A stretch of 64,000 bases of DNA from an uncultured cyanobacterium (GTDB lineage Bacteria > Cyanobacteriota > Cyanobacteriia > Cyanobacteriales > Cyanobacteriaceae): positions 160,001 through 224,000 of the forward strand of contig CAVQBA010000006.1 in the NCBI GenBank assembly GCA_963710605.1, given 5' to 3'. The position numbers were made by a program, and so were the translations under genes. Below the pieces are notes generated by a model, which was given only the letters and a program-made list of their open reading frames with translations, ran no database searches and was not told the origin of the DNA. Below are positions 32,921 to 44,955 of the stretch, one piece after another. Position 1 is the stretch's first letter. Each line of letters begins with the position of its first letter.

Positions 32921-33240
32921 AATGTTATTGATATAATGAAAAATCTGACTCCTTGAGCAGACCAAATTTATAGAAATTTACTTTATTATTTTTACTGTAT
33001 GGGGTTTTAGCCAACAGACATAATAATTAATATCTAAATTAGTTTGATTTTACTAATACTTAATGTAAAAGCAGTTTTTTCCATTGCCAACAACAAAGTC
33101 CACAACAGATTAATTAATCACACGTCATCTAGATAATATTTACGTCTGAGAGTCAATTGTTTAAATGATATGAGCTATGATTAACCCCATAACTGAAATA
33201 TTGAAAAATTAAATTAATTGAGAACTAATTAATTAATTAA

Positions 33241-33489
33241 TTAGGCTGTTGCTTGTGTTTTAGCTTCAATATGCTCGACTGCGGCACCTACTGTAGCAAT
33301 TTTTTCTGCTTCTTCGTCAGAAATTTCAATTTCAAATGCTTCTTCTAAAGCCATGACTAATTCGACTACATCTAATGAGTCGGCATCTAAGTCATTAACA
33401 AAGTTGGCTTCTGGTGTTACTTTTTCTACGTCTGCATCTAATTGTTCAACAACGATGTCTTTGACTTTATCTAAAATTGCTTGATTCAT
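33241..33489 (-). CDS. acpP: Acyl carrier protein
   Basis: [18 protein letters not shown]. Confidence 0.97.
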   Translation of the reverse strand: MNQAILDKVKDIVVEQLDADVEKVTPEANFVNDLDADSLDVVELVMALEEAFEIEISDEEAEKIATVGAAVEHIEAKTQATA

Positions 33490-33832
33490 GTTATTTTCTA
33501 TATTGTTTTATTTATCCGTCTTTGATTTAATTGTGGTTACAAACAGCTTATATTCTTGACTAAATATAGTCTTCCAAAATTTTTAATGGCTGTTAAATGA
33601 TTTATTTTTATCTCACTTTTTATCTTTTAGTTATTGTGGCTAAAAGTTTTATGCGTGTTTTTTTCTCAAATAAATCGTTAAATCATAAATTAAGACGATT
33701 GAACTGTTTCTTAGTTTACATTTTTTTGGTAGATCGATCGATAAAATTTGCTAAAATTTACCTTTTTCATTTTGACCATTACCAATGAGTTAATTTGGTT
33801 TAGATAATCTAAATATCTTTGCTTTAATTATT

Positions 33833-34054
33833 TTAGTTATCTAGTAAAGCACAATTGTCAGCATCCCTGAGATTATCACAAACTCTGGTTTTGAATGCGT
33901 CTGGGATTTGTAAAAGAGAATTACGTTTACTCATGTAAATTGGATCATCCCATAAAGTTTCGGCATGATTAGTTAATAACCGACAATCATTATTAGTCCA
34001 TTGAACCAGTTTTACGCCACAACGATCGCATTGTTTAATTACTTTAAGATCCAT
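33833..34054 (-). CDS. Small hypothetical protein with an N-terminal CxxC
   Basis: 73 aa, CDRC motif. Confidence 0.5.
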   Translation of the reverse strand: MDLKVIKQCDRCGVKLVQWTNNDCRLLTNHAETLWDDPIYMSKRNSLLQIPDAFKTRVCDNLRDADNCALLDN

Positions 34055-34233
34055 TTACTTTCTCTCTCAAAATTTTTAATTCAAGTGTGTGATTATTTTA
34101 TCTCAAATTATGCTCAATAATTGACAATTGACAATTGACAATTGATAATTATAATAATTTTAAATAAAAACCGATCGTTATAATGTCGTCAATTTCTCAC
34201 CTTTTAACGTTTAACTCTAACGGGTGTTAGGTG

Positions 34234-35781
34234 TTAAGATAATTTCGTTAAAAATTGCAAAAGTTTTTTGGTGTTAGATGTTAACAAAGTACGACGATAA
34301 GCATCAGCGGCTTTTTTGATGGCATCGGCTTGAGTGGGATAAGAATGAATCACGCTTGATAAACCATTCAAACCTATTTTATTAACCATCGCACTGGTAA
34401 TTTCTGAGATTATCTCTCCTGCATGACTAGAAACAATTGTTGCACCTAAAATACGATCGCTTCCTTTTTGGTAATGTACTTTGACAAAACCTGTTGTTTC
34501 AGCATCAGTTATTGCTCTATCAACAGTATCCATCTCAATTTTGATTGTCTCTACTTCTATTCCTTTTTCTTTAGCATCTGTTTCATACATTCCCACATGA
34601 GCAATTTCTGGTTGAGTATATGTCACCCAAGGAATAACTAAATCACTAAACTTGGCTTTACCAAAACCAAAAGGAGAAAACAAGGTATTTTTAATGACAA
34701 TACGGGCGGCGGCATCGGCTGTATGGGTAAATTTTTCACTTAAACAAATATCACCTGCGGCGTAAATAGAAGAATTTGTTGTTTGTAAATTATCGTTAAC
34801 TTTAACTCCACGTCGATCGTATTCTACCCCAACAGCATCTAAATTAAGAGTTTCTAAATTTGGTTGTCTTCCTGCACCCATTAATATTTCGTCAACTTCG
34901 ATCGATTTTACTTGTCCATTACCTTGATAATAAATCTTTTTACCTGTTGCTGTTTTTTCTGCTCTAACAACATCGGCATTCAACACCAATTTGATTCCTT
35001 CTTGAAGAAACTGATTTTGAACAATCTCAGCGGCATCAGCATCTTCACGGTTTAATAAATGTCCGTGTTTATGAAATAAAATTACTTCTGAGCCTAAACG
35101 ATGAAATGCTTGAGCTAACTCACATCCGATCGGACCTCCTCCAAATACAGCCATAGTTTTAGGTAATTGAGTTAAAGAAAAAATAGTTTCATTAGTTTTA
35201 AATCCTGTTTCTTCTATTCCCTCTATTTCGGGTTTAACTGCCCTTGCACCTGTAGCGATGACAGCTTTTTTGTAACTTAAATTTTGACCATTAACCACGA
35301 TCGTTTTATTAGCTTGAAAACTAGCTTCACCAAAAAAAACATCAATACCCAAGTCTTTAAATCTTTTAGCAGAATCATGATGACTAATACTTGCTCTAAT
35401 ATTACGCATTCTCGCCATTACTTGAGCAAAATTAACTTTAACTTCGCCAACATCAACACCTAAATGTTTGCCTTTCATTATTTCGCCGATTACCTTTGCC
35501 GATCGAATCACTGCTTTTGAAGGCACACAACCGAAATTTAAACAATCTCCTCCCATCAAATGTTTTTCAACTAAAGCTACTTTCAAACCAATATCTAATC
35601 CTGCCGCCCCTGCCGCTACTACTAATCCTGCTGTACCAGCACCGATAACAACTAAATCATATTGACTTTCAGGAGTTGGATTTGCCCAATTTGATGGATG
35701 CACATGATTGATAAGTTTTTGATTATACTCATCCATTGGTGCGAGGTTAACGGCTTGGTCGTTTTTAGATAGTGTATTCAT
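34234..35781 (-). CDS. Pyridine nucleotide-disulfide oxidoreductase (MerA/Lpd-like)
   Basis: GAGTAG, GGDCLNFGCVPSK and GGGPIGCE; no C-terminal Cys-Cys. Confidence 0.88.
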   Translation of the reverse strand: MNTLSKNDQAVNLAPMDEYNQKLINHVHPSNWANPTPESQYDLVVIGAGTAGLVVAAGAAGLDIGLKVALVEKHLMGGDCLNFGCVPSKAVIRSAKVIGEIMKGKHLGVDVGEVKVNFAQVMARMRNIRASISHHDSAKRFKDLGIDVFFGEASFQANKTIVVNGQNLSYKKAVIATGARAVKPEIEGIEETGFKTNETIFSLTQLPKTMAVFGGGPIGCELAQAFHRLGSEVILFHKHGHLLNREDADAAEIVQNQFLQEGIKLVLNADVVRAEKTATGKKIYYQGNGQVKSIEVDEILMGAGRQPNLETLNLDAVGVEYDRRGVKVNDNLQTTNSSIYAAGDICLSEKFTHTADAAARIVIKNTLFSPFGFGKAKFSDLVIPWVTYTQPEIAHVGMYETDAKEKGIEVETIKIEMDTVDRAITDAETTGFVKVHYQKGSDRILGATIVSSHAGEIISEITSAMVNKIGLNGLSSVIHSYPTQADAIKKAADAYRRTLLTSNTKKLLQFLTKLS

Positions 35782-36734
35782 TTATCTTTAATATCTCTAC
35801 TTTTTAGTTTAATTAACAATGATTAGAAGTTGGGAATAATAACAATTCAAATAAAACTTGCAACAGTTTTTGTTAGTAAGTCTTTCAAAAATAGGAGCGA
35901 GGCATCCGCACAGCCTCCCCCACAATTAAAGCGAAGAAGCATCCTTTATTGTCCCCCAGAATTGGGGGATTTAGGGGGCAGGGGATAGAGGGGGATCGGA
36001 ATTTAAGGAGCTTAATCTATCTTTTTAGTTTTTTATCTTTTAAATATTTTCATCTATTAAAATCTTGCTGTTGTCTTAGTTTTAATTGTAATTATCAAAT
36101 CTGAGAAACAAATAAATAAAACTGAAGAATTAGATAAGACTTTGATCAAGGTGTTAGGTGTTAGGTGGAATGCTTATAACTTATAGCTTATCTTTTATCA
36201 AAGTATCGTAAAGATATTTCAATTGTTGTAAAGGAATAATAATTAGTAGTTAATAAATATGAAAAAATATGTCAACTTCAATACAGATGGCTTAATTCAA
36301 TTGGGGAAAAGATATATTAGAGCTATAGACCACTAATACTTAATGACCAAAAAATAGTCGTTGATTAGTCAATGTAAAATAGCTAGTTTATGTTAGTGCC
36401 AGTAGATCTTAAAGTTTTTTATCTATTTAATTCTCTACTTAAAAATAATGAGAAAAGAATAGTTAATTATCGATCGTAACTACAAAAAAATTAAGTATTA
36501 GTTATTTAAACTTTTGTAAAAAATATTTGACAATTGGCTAAATTTAATTGAATACAAAACAAAAAGATCGGTTTAAAACGATCGTAAATACAAAATATTA
36601 GCAAATTAAATCTTGTCAAACATTACTTAAGTAACTTGAAAGACTACTGCAAAATAAACTTTATTCAAAGCGATCTCTTTGTGTAAACTTTCAAAGTACG
36701 ACTATCACAACAATAATAGAAAAAACGGAACTAA

Positions 36735-39032
36735 ATGAACAACACCCCTCCTACCTCTTCTTCTGGACAGTGTCCCTTTCGTGGAACCCGCGTTGGAGGT
36801 GCACTTGGCTCTAAGCCACAAACAGATGATTGGTGGCCAAATCGACTTCAAGTAGAGCTACTTCATCAGAATTCACCTTTAGCTAATCCCCTCAAAGATT
36901 TTAATTATCAAGAAGCGTTTCAAAAAATTGACTTCCAACAGTTAAAAAATGATATTAAAGCTTTACTAAAAGATTCAAAAGATTGGTGGCCAGCAGATTA
37001 CGGTAACTATGGACCTCAAATGATTCGTATGGCATGGCACTCAGCGGGAACATACCGTATCGCCGATGGTCGTGGTGGAGCCGCTCAGGGTATGCAACGC
37101 TTTGCCCCAATTAATTCTTGGTGGGATAACGGTAATACAGATAAATCAAGACGGTTACTTTGGCCCATCAAACAAAAATATGGAGCGTCACTAAGTTGGG
37201 CAGATTTAATGATTTTAGTCGGTAACTGCTCTCTTGAAATTATGGGTTTAAAACCCTTTGGTTACGGCGGTGGTCGTATTGATGCTTGGGAAGCAGATAA
37301 AGCCACTTATTGGGGTCCTGAATTCTGGAACGGTGAACCTTTTGGAGGAAATGAAAAAGCTAAACCCCTTGAAGGACATCCAGATCAAATGGTTACTCGT
37401 GATATTCGTTGGGTTGGCGAACCAAAAGACGAGTACTATGACCTCGAAAATCCTTTAGGAGCTTCCCATCAAGCGTTGATTTACGTCGATCCTGAAGGTC
37501 CTGGTGGAAATGGCGATCCGATCGCATCTGCCCGTGACATCCGTGAAACTTTCGCTCGTATGGCAATGAACGACGAAGAAACTGTAGCCTTGATTGCAGG
37601 TGGTCATGCTTTTGGTAAAAGTCATGGTATGGTCGAGCCAGATAAAATCGGTCCTGCCCCAGAAGGTGCCCCAATTCAAGCAATGGGAATGGGATGGCAA
37701 AACCCTGAAGGTACTGGCTTTGCTGAATATACGATGACCAATGGTATTGAAGGCTCTTGGACACCAAACCCAACTCAGTGGGATAATAGCTACTTAGAAA
37801 ATTTATTTAAGTACGAGTGGGAAAAAACAAAAAGTCCCGCAGGTTCGGTACAATGGCATCCAAAAGATTCAGACGCACCTAAAACACCAGACGCACACAG
37901 AGAAGGTGTTGAGCATGCGTTAATGATGATGACTTCGGATATTGCCTTAAAAGAAGATTCTGCTTATAATGAAGTTTGTCAACGTTTCCTCAATGACTTT
38001 GAGTATTTTAGCGAAGCATTTTCTCTGGCTTGGTATAAGCTAACCCACAGAGATATGGGACCAAAAGTACGTTATCTAGGTCCAGAAGTTCCTGAAGAAG
38101 AGCTATCTTGGCAAGATCCAATTCCAGCACTCGATCATGATGTTGTTGATGATGCGGATATTAGTTCTTTAAAAGACAAACTTTTAGCAAGTGAGCTTTC
38201 TGTCTCGGCATTAGTGTCGGCGGCTTGGGCATCGGCATCAAACTATCGTAATACTGACAAACGTGGTGGTGCAAATGGTGCGCGTGTTGGCTTAAATCCT
38301 CAAAAAGAATGGGAAGTAAACCGTCCGCAAGAACTAGCTCAAGTTTTATCGACTCTCGAACAAATTCAAACTGACTTTAATAATAGTCAGTCAGGTAACA
38401 AAAAAGTATCGATCGCCGATCTTATTGTTCTCGGTGGCTGTGCTGGTATCGAAAAAGCGGCTAAATCTGCTGGAGTAGATGTGACTGTTCCCTTTACCCC
38501 TGGTAGAATGGATACTACTCAAGAATTAACAGATATTGAAACCTTCCAATGGCTCAAACCTGTCTCCGATGGTTTCAGAAATTACCATAATGAGGCGATC
38601 GGTTATAAAGTAAAAGCCGAGCGTATCTTCCTCGATCGAGCCCAATTACTTACTTTAACTGCACCTGAATGGACAGCTCTTGTTGGTGGACTTCGAGCTT
38701 TAGATCAAAACTGGGATCATTCTAAGCATGGTATCTTCACCGATCGTCCAGGTGTTTTAACTAATGACTTTTTCCGTGTCTTGACTAGTATGGATTATGA
38801 GTGGAAACCGATCGATAATCGTGAAATGATTTTTAATATTTGCGATCGTCAAACAGGTGAAACCAAATTTACTGCTACACGTTGCGATCTCATCTTTGGC
38901 TCTAATGCCGAACTACGTCAGGTAGCTGAAGTTTATGGTGCTAATGACGGTCAAGAGCTGATGGTTAAAGACTTTGTTGCCGCTTGGAATAAAGTGATGA
39001 TGCTCGATCGTTTTGATGTTCGCACTGTGTAA
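36735..39032 (+). CDS. katG: Catalase-peroxidase
   Basis: [27 protein letters not shown] and [12 protein letters not shown]. Confidence 0.97.
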   Translation: MNNTPPTSSSGQCPFRGTRVGGALGSKPQTDDWWPNRLQVELLHQNSPLANPLKDFNYQEAFQKIDFQQLKNDIKALLKDSKDWWPADYGNYGPQMIRMAWHSAGTYRIADGRGGAAQGMQRFAPINSWWDNGNTDKSRRLLWPIKQKYGASLSWADLMILVGNCSLEIMGLKPFGYGGGRIDAWEADKATYWGPEFWNGEPFGGNEKAKPLEGHPDQMVTRDIRWVGEPKDEYYDLENPLGASHQALIYVDPEGPGGNGDPIASARDIRETFARMAMNDEETVALIAGGHAFGKSHGMVEPDKIGPAPEGAPIQAMGMGWQNPEGTGFAEYTMTNGIEGSWTPNPTQWDNSYLENLFKYEWEKTKSPAGSVQWHPKDSDAPKTPDAHREGVEHALMMMTSDIALKEDSAYNEVCQRFLNDFEYFSEAFSLAWYKLTHRDMGPKVRYLGPEVPEEELSWQDPIPALDHDVVDDADISSLKDKLLASELSVSALVSAAWASASNYRNTDKRGGANGARVGLNPQKEWEVNRPQELAQVLSTLEQIQTDFNNSQSGNKKVSIADLIVLGGCAGIEKAAKSAGVDVTVPFTPGRMDTTQELTDIETFQWLKPVSDGFRNYHNEAIGYKVKAERIFLDRAQLLTLTAPEWTALVGGLRALDQNWDHSKHGIFTDRPGVLTNDFFRVLTSMDYEWKPIDNREMIFNICDRQTGETKFTATRCDLIFGSNAELRQVAEVYGANDGQELMVKDFVAAWNKVMMLDRFDVRTV

Positions 39033-39062
39033 TTACTAATTGTTATAGCCTTTATGAAGCTA

Positions 39063-39171
39063 TATAGTAATTTCAAATAAAAACCGATTGTATAGGATGT
39101 AGGGACGTAGCAATGCTACGTCCCTACCAGATCTTTTACATATGGTTTGGAACTTGATTTAAATGACTATA
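39063..39171. mobile_element. MITE-like element with TATAGT ends and a central REP palindrome
   Basis: tatagtaatttcaaat ... atttaaatgactata, enclosing gtagggacgtagcaatgctacgtccctac. Confidence 0.5.
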
Positions 39172-39222
39172 ATTATTAATTGTTAAAGTTATTGACAGTA
39201 AAATATTTTTAACTCTTCATTT

Positions 39223-39759
39223 ATGATAGATAGAGAAAAAAACCGCCCGACATGGAATGAGTATTTTATGCTGATGGCAAAACTAGCATCGAGCCGATCG
39301 ACTTGTTTGGCTTTTCCTGTAGGTGCTGTGATTGTCAAAAATCGACAAGTTTTAGCGACAGGTTACAATGGTTCGCCTTCAGGTACTGCTCATTGTATCG
39401 CTCAAGGTTTTTGTTATGAAGGTTTAGATAGTTGTGATGCAAGTAAATCATTACCTTCTCGTGCCGTTCATGCCGAAGCAAATGCGATCGCTCAAGCGGC
39501 TAAACATGGTATTGCTACCGATGGAGCAACAATTTATGTCACTCTTGAGCCTTGTCTGGCTTGTTTAAAATTAGTAATTTCAGCAGGAATTAAAGAGGTT
39601 TTTTATGAAACTGATTTCAATTCAGGAAAAAAAGCCTTAGTCAGAGATAGTTTTGTGGCGGATGATCTGGTTAAATTACATAAAATGACTGTACGTGAAG
39701 AGTTAGCTAATAATATAGCCGATTTTTTGCTTACACCTATTTCGATCGTTGGTGATTAG
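39223..39759 (+). CDS. dCMP deaminase/ComEB family protein
   Basis: ATGYNG, HAEANA and PCLAC. Confidence 0.92.
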   Translation: MIDREKNRPTWNEYFMLMAKLASSRSTCLAFPVGAVIVKNRQVLATGYNGSPSGTAHCIAQGFCYEGLDSCDASKSLPSRAVHAEANAIAQAAKHGIATDGATIYVTLEPCLACLKLVISAGIKEVFYETDFNSGKKALVRDSFVADDLVKLHKMTVREELANNIADFLLTPISIVGD

Positions 39760-40115
39760 AGAAATTAATGAATAATTAATAAGTATTTATGGTAGGGGTG
39801 TAAGCGGTGGAAACCCGCTCAGATGCGACAGAAGCAAGCGGTGAGACCCCCAAGACCACACTTTTCCGCAAGGGAGCGCTGACCAAGACAGGCTTGCATC
39901 CTCCTTCTGCAATAATTGTAGCCATTCCAGTTAAATAATGGTCTGGTAAAAAAGGGTAGAATGATATTCTACCCCTACGGTGTTTGAATTTGTATAATTA
40001 AAATTTTATTCTTAGTTCATGTCAATGAACGATTCCTATTAGCCTTGCACGATAGTTCAAGGCGGGTTATAACAATAAGTCTGACTCATCTTCATCTCAT
40101 CGATTTAATTATCTC

Positions 40116-40229
40116 TCAACGAGATAAAAACTCTAAATTTTTCCCTGTCTGAGAACGAAAATCTTTGATTGAACAACTAAACTCTAATTTTCCTTGCTCT
40201 AAAAGAATAATCCAATCGGCAGAAGCGAT
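40116..40229 (-). pseudogene. C-terminal remnant of an ABC exporter ATPase
   Basis: IASADWIILLEQGKLEFSCSIKDFRSQTGKNLEFLSR*, starting at a GCGATCG. Confidence 0.6.
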
Positions 40230-40597
40230 CGAATTATGAAAGCCGATTACCGAACTAACTGATGATGATAAATATTTACTTTTAGATTTAGAAATAAATA
40301 CTCTAGCTTTTTGTTCACCGGTTTTTTACTGGGCAGAAGATAGCTTAAAAGTAGTAACTGCTTGCGATTAGTCTCGGTCAAACATTTTTATCAAAAATTT
40401 AAAATTCTTTGACTATTAATGGTCAAATCGAATAAATGACGATCGTTATTTATCTAACTATTCCTTTTAGAAGATGCCGTATTTGTTGAAGAGTAATAGA
40501 ATTTATTTAAATTATAATTATTTATTAATTTTTTCCAACTTAATTTTGTACCCATAAATTTTACTAAGATTATTATTTTCTAAGTTATCTAATAGAT

Positions 40598-41326
40598 TTG
40601 ACTACAAAAACAGTTCGTATTCCTAATCAAGATATACTAATTGACGCTTATTTAGTACAACCAAAAACTACAGAAAAATTACCTGCAATTATCGTTATTC
40701 AAGAAATCTTTGGTGTCAACGAGCATATTAAAGATGTAACTGAGCGTTTAGCCAAACAAGGTTATATCACAATTGCCCCTGCCATGTATCAACGTCTTGC
40801 ACCAAATTTTACCGCAGGTTATACGCCAGAGGATGTCAAAATAGGTAAGGCTTACAAAGTACAAACTCAAGCTAGTCAATTACTTAGCGATATTCAAGCA
40901 ACGATCGATTTTTTGTATCAATTACCGCAAGTCAAAAAAACAGGTGTTGGTAGTATCGGTTTTTGTTTTGGCGGACATATAGCTTATCTATGTGCTACTT
41001 TACCTGAAATTAAAGCCACAGCCTCTTTTTACGGTGCTCAAATAGCGACTTGGTGTCCGGGTATTGAAGATACAGCTACGATCGATTTTACTAAAGAGAT
41101 TAAAGGAGAGATACACTGCTTTTTTGGTTTAGAAGATGCCAGTATTCCTAAATCACAAATAGAACAAATTGCGACGGAATTAGATAAACAGCAAATTCAA
41201 AATCAAGTTTTCCGCTACCCTTCGGCAGGGCATGGGTTTTTTTGCGATTGTCGTCAAAGTTATCATCAAAAATCGGCAGAATCTGCTTGGGCAAAAGTGT
41301 TGACTTTATTTAACAGATTGTTATAA
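40598..41326 (+). CDS. Dienelactone hydrolase family protein
   Basis: QEIFGVN, GFCFGG and AGHGFFCD. Confidence 0.93.
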   Translation: MTTKTVRIPNQDILIDAYLVQPKTTEKLPAIIVIQEIFGVNEHIKDVTERLAKQGYITIAPAMYQRLAPNFTAGYTPEDVKIGKAYKVQTQASQLLSDIQATIDFLYQLPQVKKTGVGSIGFCFGGHIAYLCATLPEIKATASFYGAQIATWCPGIEDTATIDFTKEIKGEIHCFFGLEDASIPKSQIEQIATELDKQQIQNQVFRYPSAGHGFFCDCRQSYHQKSAESAWAKVLTLFNRLL

Positions 41327-41900
41327 TTACAAATTATGGTTAATTGACTAAGTTAAATGTATTTAAATGAAGTTGTTGTAATAATGATTCATAATTATTT
41401 AAAACTTTTATCGATCATTGCCATATTTAGGCTGTAATATACTAACAATTGGTTATCGAAATAATTACAATTCGATCGTTACATTAGTTTATCTTAAACA
41501 AAAAATAATCAAGGTTCGTTTTTAGTGGTTAAAAACTGAGTTAAATGTCTATTTTTAGTAATTATAGGGGAATAGTATTAGATAATCTCATCGAAAATAG
41601 GAAAAAGAACTCATTTCGTTCTCTGTTAACTTTTATTGATACAATTACGATTAATAATAAGATAATATGACAACATAAATATTTATATTATTTTCTGTAG
41701 TATATGTCCTCGTTGCTTTAATGAAGATTATAAAGTTTTTGTTAAGAGTAATTACGATAACTACACCATAAACAATTATTTATGATTAAATACAGATATA
41801 AAGAGTAATTAAGCAACTACTGAGTAATGATTTAGTTATTAAAAACCCAAATGTTGAAAAACTTGATTAGTGAGTAGGAAATAAATAGAGGTTAAAGTAC

Positions 41901-42774
41901 ATGAAAGCAAGCCAATTTTTACGTCTATATGAACAAGGAATTCGTGTGTTTCACGGGATTAATTTACAAAGTGCCCAGTTACATCGATCGGTTTTAGTTG
42001 CTTTAGATTTAGAAGGGGCAAATTTGATTGGGATTGACTTTGATAGTGCTTTTTTGACCAAATCTAATTTTAATAATGCTCAACTAAATTGGTCTAATTT
42101 CACTCACGGAAAATTAAGTGAAGCTCAATTTAATCAAGCTGATTTAACTAAAGCTAATTTTTCAGGTGCTTTTATGGTACGTTCACAACTAATTAGTAGT
42201 CAGTTGAGCGGTGCGAATCTAAGTCATACTAATTTGCGTCATGGTAATCTTCAATTATCTAATCTCTGTGGTGCTTCTTTATACCGTGTTAATCTGAGAG
42301 GCTCTTTATTGATGGAAACCAATCTTAATTGGACTAACTGTCAAGAATCTCGATTGAGTGGCTCTAATATGCAAAATTGCTCGGCTTACAATGCTAATTT
42401 TACTCGAGCGTTTATGAAAGAAGTTGATTCTTAGTAATAGCGATTTAACTAACGCTAATTTGTATGGTGCGAGATTAAACGATGCTAATTTACAAAATGC
42501 TAATTTACAAAATGCTAACTTGTCTAATGCGAGACTAAAAGGTGCTAATTTGGAAAACGCTGATTTACGTGGTGCGAATTTAAACAATGTCGATTTAGAA
42601 ATGGCTAATCTTAAAGGTACTATTCTCGATCGTTATCATCCACAATATACTAATACACGTAATACTAAATTAGCTCAAAATTACTTACATAGAGCATGGG
42701 AGCAAGAAAAAGTTTTTGCTGAACAAAACTATTGTTTAATTAATAGCGGTGGTTGTTTCAATTATAGTTTCTAA
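41901..42774 (+). CDS. Pentapeptide repeat protein with one frameshift at about 42428
   Basis: A(N/D)LxxA repeats continue across both ORFs; removing one T from GATTC joins them. Confidence 0.85.
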
Positions 42775-42801
42775 TTATTTCGATGATGATTATTCTGTTG
42801 A

Positions 42802-43752
42802 TTATAAGGGGATAATTCCGCTGGGGTTAAGAGGAAAGAGATTACCAAAATAATCTTGTTTGACTGCATCAACGTCGTAAGTCTCTTTAATATTAGGTAA
42901 ATTATCAATTTGGGTAACGTACCGACTCAAATTAGGATAATCACTGATACGTTTAAGACTACACTTGAATAAACTATAATAAGCCACATCAAAACGAATT
43001 AAAGTAGTAAACAAACGAACATCAGCTAAAGTTATTTGCTCGCCACATAAATAAAGATTATCTTGTAAATGTGATTCGATCGTATCTAAAGTATCAAATA
43101 ATCCCTGACAAGCTTCTTCATATGCTGATTGAGTAGTAGCAAAACCGCAACGATAAACGCCATTATTCACATTATGATATATCTTTTCGTTCCATTCCTC
43201 TATCTGCGATCGTAAATCATCAGGATAAAGATTCAATTCGGGTTTCTCGGCAAATTGATTAAATTGCTCGTTGAGGATAATAATAATCTCGGCACTCTCG
43301 TTATTGACGATCGTTTTAGTGGTTTTATCCCATAAAATAGGTACAGTAGAACGACCACTATAACCAGATTGAGCTAACTGATAAAGTTGTTTGACAGATT
43401 GACAATTTTCTGACGGTTGTGTCATTACCCAACCACCTTCATTAACTGAAGGAATTAAGACTGTAACATCGATCGTTTTTTCTAAACCCTTTAATGCCCT
43501 CACCATCAAAGTACGATGCGCCCAAGGGCAACTCATCCCCACATACAAACGATAACGCCCTTCTTCTGCGGGATAAACAGCAGAAGAATTGTTACTTACA
43601 GATTGAGTAAACTGACTTGAGGGGCGTTGATAACTACCTTCTTTTGAGCTAGGTGCGAGTTGAGACATCATCGTTTGCCACATAGTATGCCAAACCCATT
43701 TAGCTGTCACAATCAAAAACGATGTCGGTAATGATTTGTTTTTGTTACTCAT
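42802..43752 (-). CDS. Glutathionyl-hydroquinone reductase (GST Xi/omega-like)
   Basis: CPWAHR, TVPILWD, VNNESAEI and NNGVYRCGFA. Confidence 0.92.
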   Translation of the reverse strand: MSNKNKSLPTSFLIVTAKWVWHTMWQTMMSQLAPSSKEGSYQRPSSQFTQSVSNNSSAVYPAEEGRYRLYVGMSCPWAHRTLMVRALKGLEKTIDVTVLIPSVNEGGWVMTQPSENCQSVKQLYQLAQSGYSGRSTVPILWDKTTKTIVNNESAEIIIILNEQFNQFAEKPELNLYPDDLRSQIEEWNEKIYHNVNNGVYRCGFATTQSAYEEACQGLFDTLDTIESHLQDNLYLCGEQITLADVRLFTTLIRFDVAYYSLFKCSLKRISDYPNLSRYVTQIDNLPNIKETYDVDAVKQDYFGNLFPLNPSGIIPL

Positions 43753-43904
43753 AAAAAAATTACGCCTAGATATTGATGATTATACCTCAATCAATAATAA
43801 GAGAAAGAATCACCACTTTCTCAATTTTTGACAAAAATAAAGGTGGGCATTGCCCACCCTACTTAATTCTCTTCCACTGCTAATTGTCAATTGTCAATTG
43901 TTAT

Positions 43905-44834
43905 CTAAACTTCGTATGCTATTTCAGCATTATTAGAATTATCTGCTACGATTTTTGATTTGTTTGCTAACCAAATAAATACAGTCAGAGGTAAAATACC
44001 CAATAAAATACCTAAAGCGATAGGAAGATAAAAACCCGCACCCATACTCATAATCATCGCAAAACCAAAGTTACCGATATAAACTAGAGCGGGAATAGTT
44101 AAAGATATTTCATCAAAATTAAGCGGTTTTAAACGCCAGATAAATGTCGCTACAGTCATGAATACAACACCTGTACCAAACCAACCGGCAAAGTTTTGAT
44201 AAGGCATACCAAAAAATGCTCCTGGTTGATCCCATAACCAAAATGGTACAGTAGTTTGACTCATGGCAGGATCTAAAACAAAATCCCATGAGGTTAGTAA
44301 TAATGAACCAAAAACGATCGCACCTAAGTCTTTTAACCAAGGATTGATAGATAGCTGATTTAAACCTACTCGTGCAACCAGATAACTACTCAAACCAAGA
44401 TAAAACCAAGACAAAGGAATAGTAAAAGGTACTAAACCGGCAATCTTGTAACCTAATCCTGAAAGATAATGATATGCACCGAAAGGAAAACCTGTGCTTG
44501 TACCTAATAATTCGCTGGTTAAAGAAATTCCTAAAGCAGGAATCATAAATCCGAAACAATACCAAGCACCTAATTGACGATAAGCATATACTGCGACTGC
44601 CGCCCAACCCAAAATCATATAAACGACACCGCCACCAATCATTGACCAACTAAATGCTGATTGTCCGATTGGCGGTAAACTAGCTATAAATTGCGGATTT
44701 GGTAACACTAACAATAATCCTGCTAAACCAAACACCATCGATATTATATGACCAACTAAAAAATAGCCTTCTGTCGTTAGTATTTTGTCTTTGACTACAG
44801 TCGTTGTTTCTTTAAAATTTCCCTTTAACAACAT
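43905..44834 (-). CDS. cruF: Carotenoid 1,2-hydratase (gamma-carotene 1'-hydroxylase)
   Basis: SELLGTSTGFPFG, VPFTIPLSW, WDFVLDPAM and GMPYQNFAGW. Confidence 0.85.
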   Translation of the reverse strand: MLLKGNFKETTTVVKDKILTTEGYFLVGHIISMVFGLAGLLLVLPNPQFIASLPPIGQSAFSWSMIGGGVVYMILGWAAVAVYAYRQLGAWYCFGFMIPALGISLTSELLGTSTGFPFGAYHYLSGLGYKIAGLVPFTIPLSWFYLGLSSYLVARVGLNQLSINPWLKDLGAIVFGSLLLTSWDFVLDPAMSQTTVPFWLWDQPGAFFGMPYQNFAGWFGTGVVFMTVATFIWRLKPLNFDEISLTIPALVYIGNFGFAMIMSMGAGFYLPIALGILLGILPLTVFIWLANKSKIVADNSNNAEIAYEV

Positions 44835-44955
44835 AAAATGATTTCATTGTGTATAAGTAAACGTATGGTTAACATTTTACTGATTTTTTATTAAGTTTTG
44901 TGAATATTTAATCAAATATCAAGATCTAAGCTTGTTTGATAATTAGAAACTTGCT

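Noticed and set aside
34234-35781. Mercuric reductase / mer operon
   Set aside because: No C-terminal Cys-Cys, no NmerA domain and no mer genes nearby.
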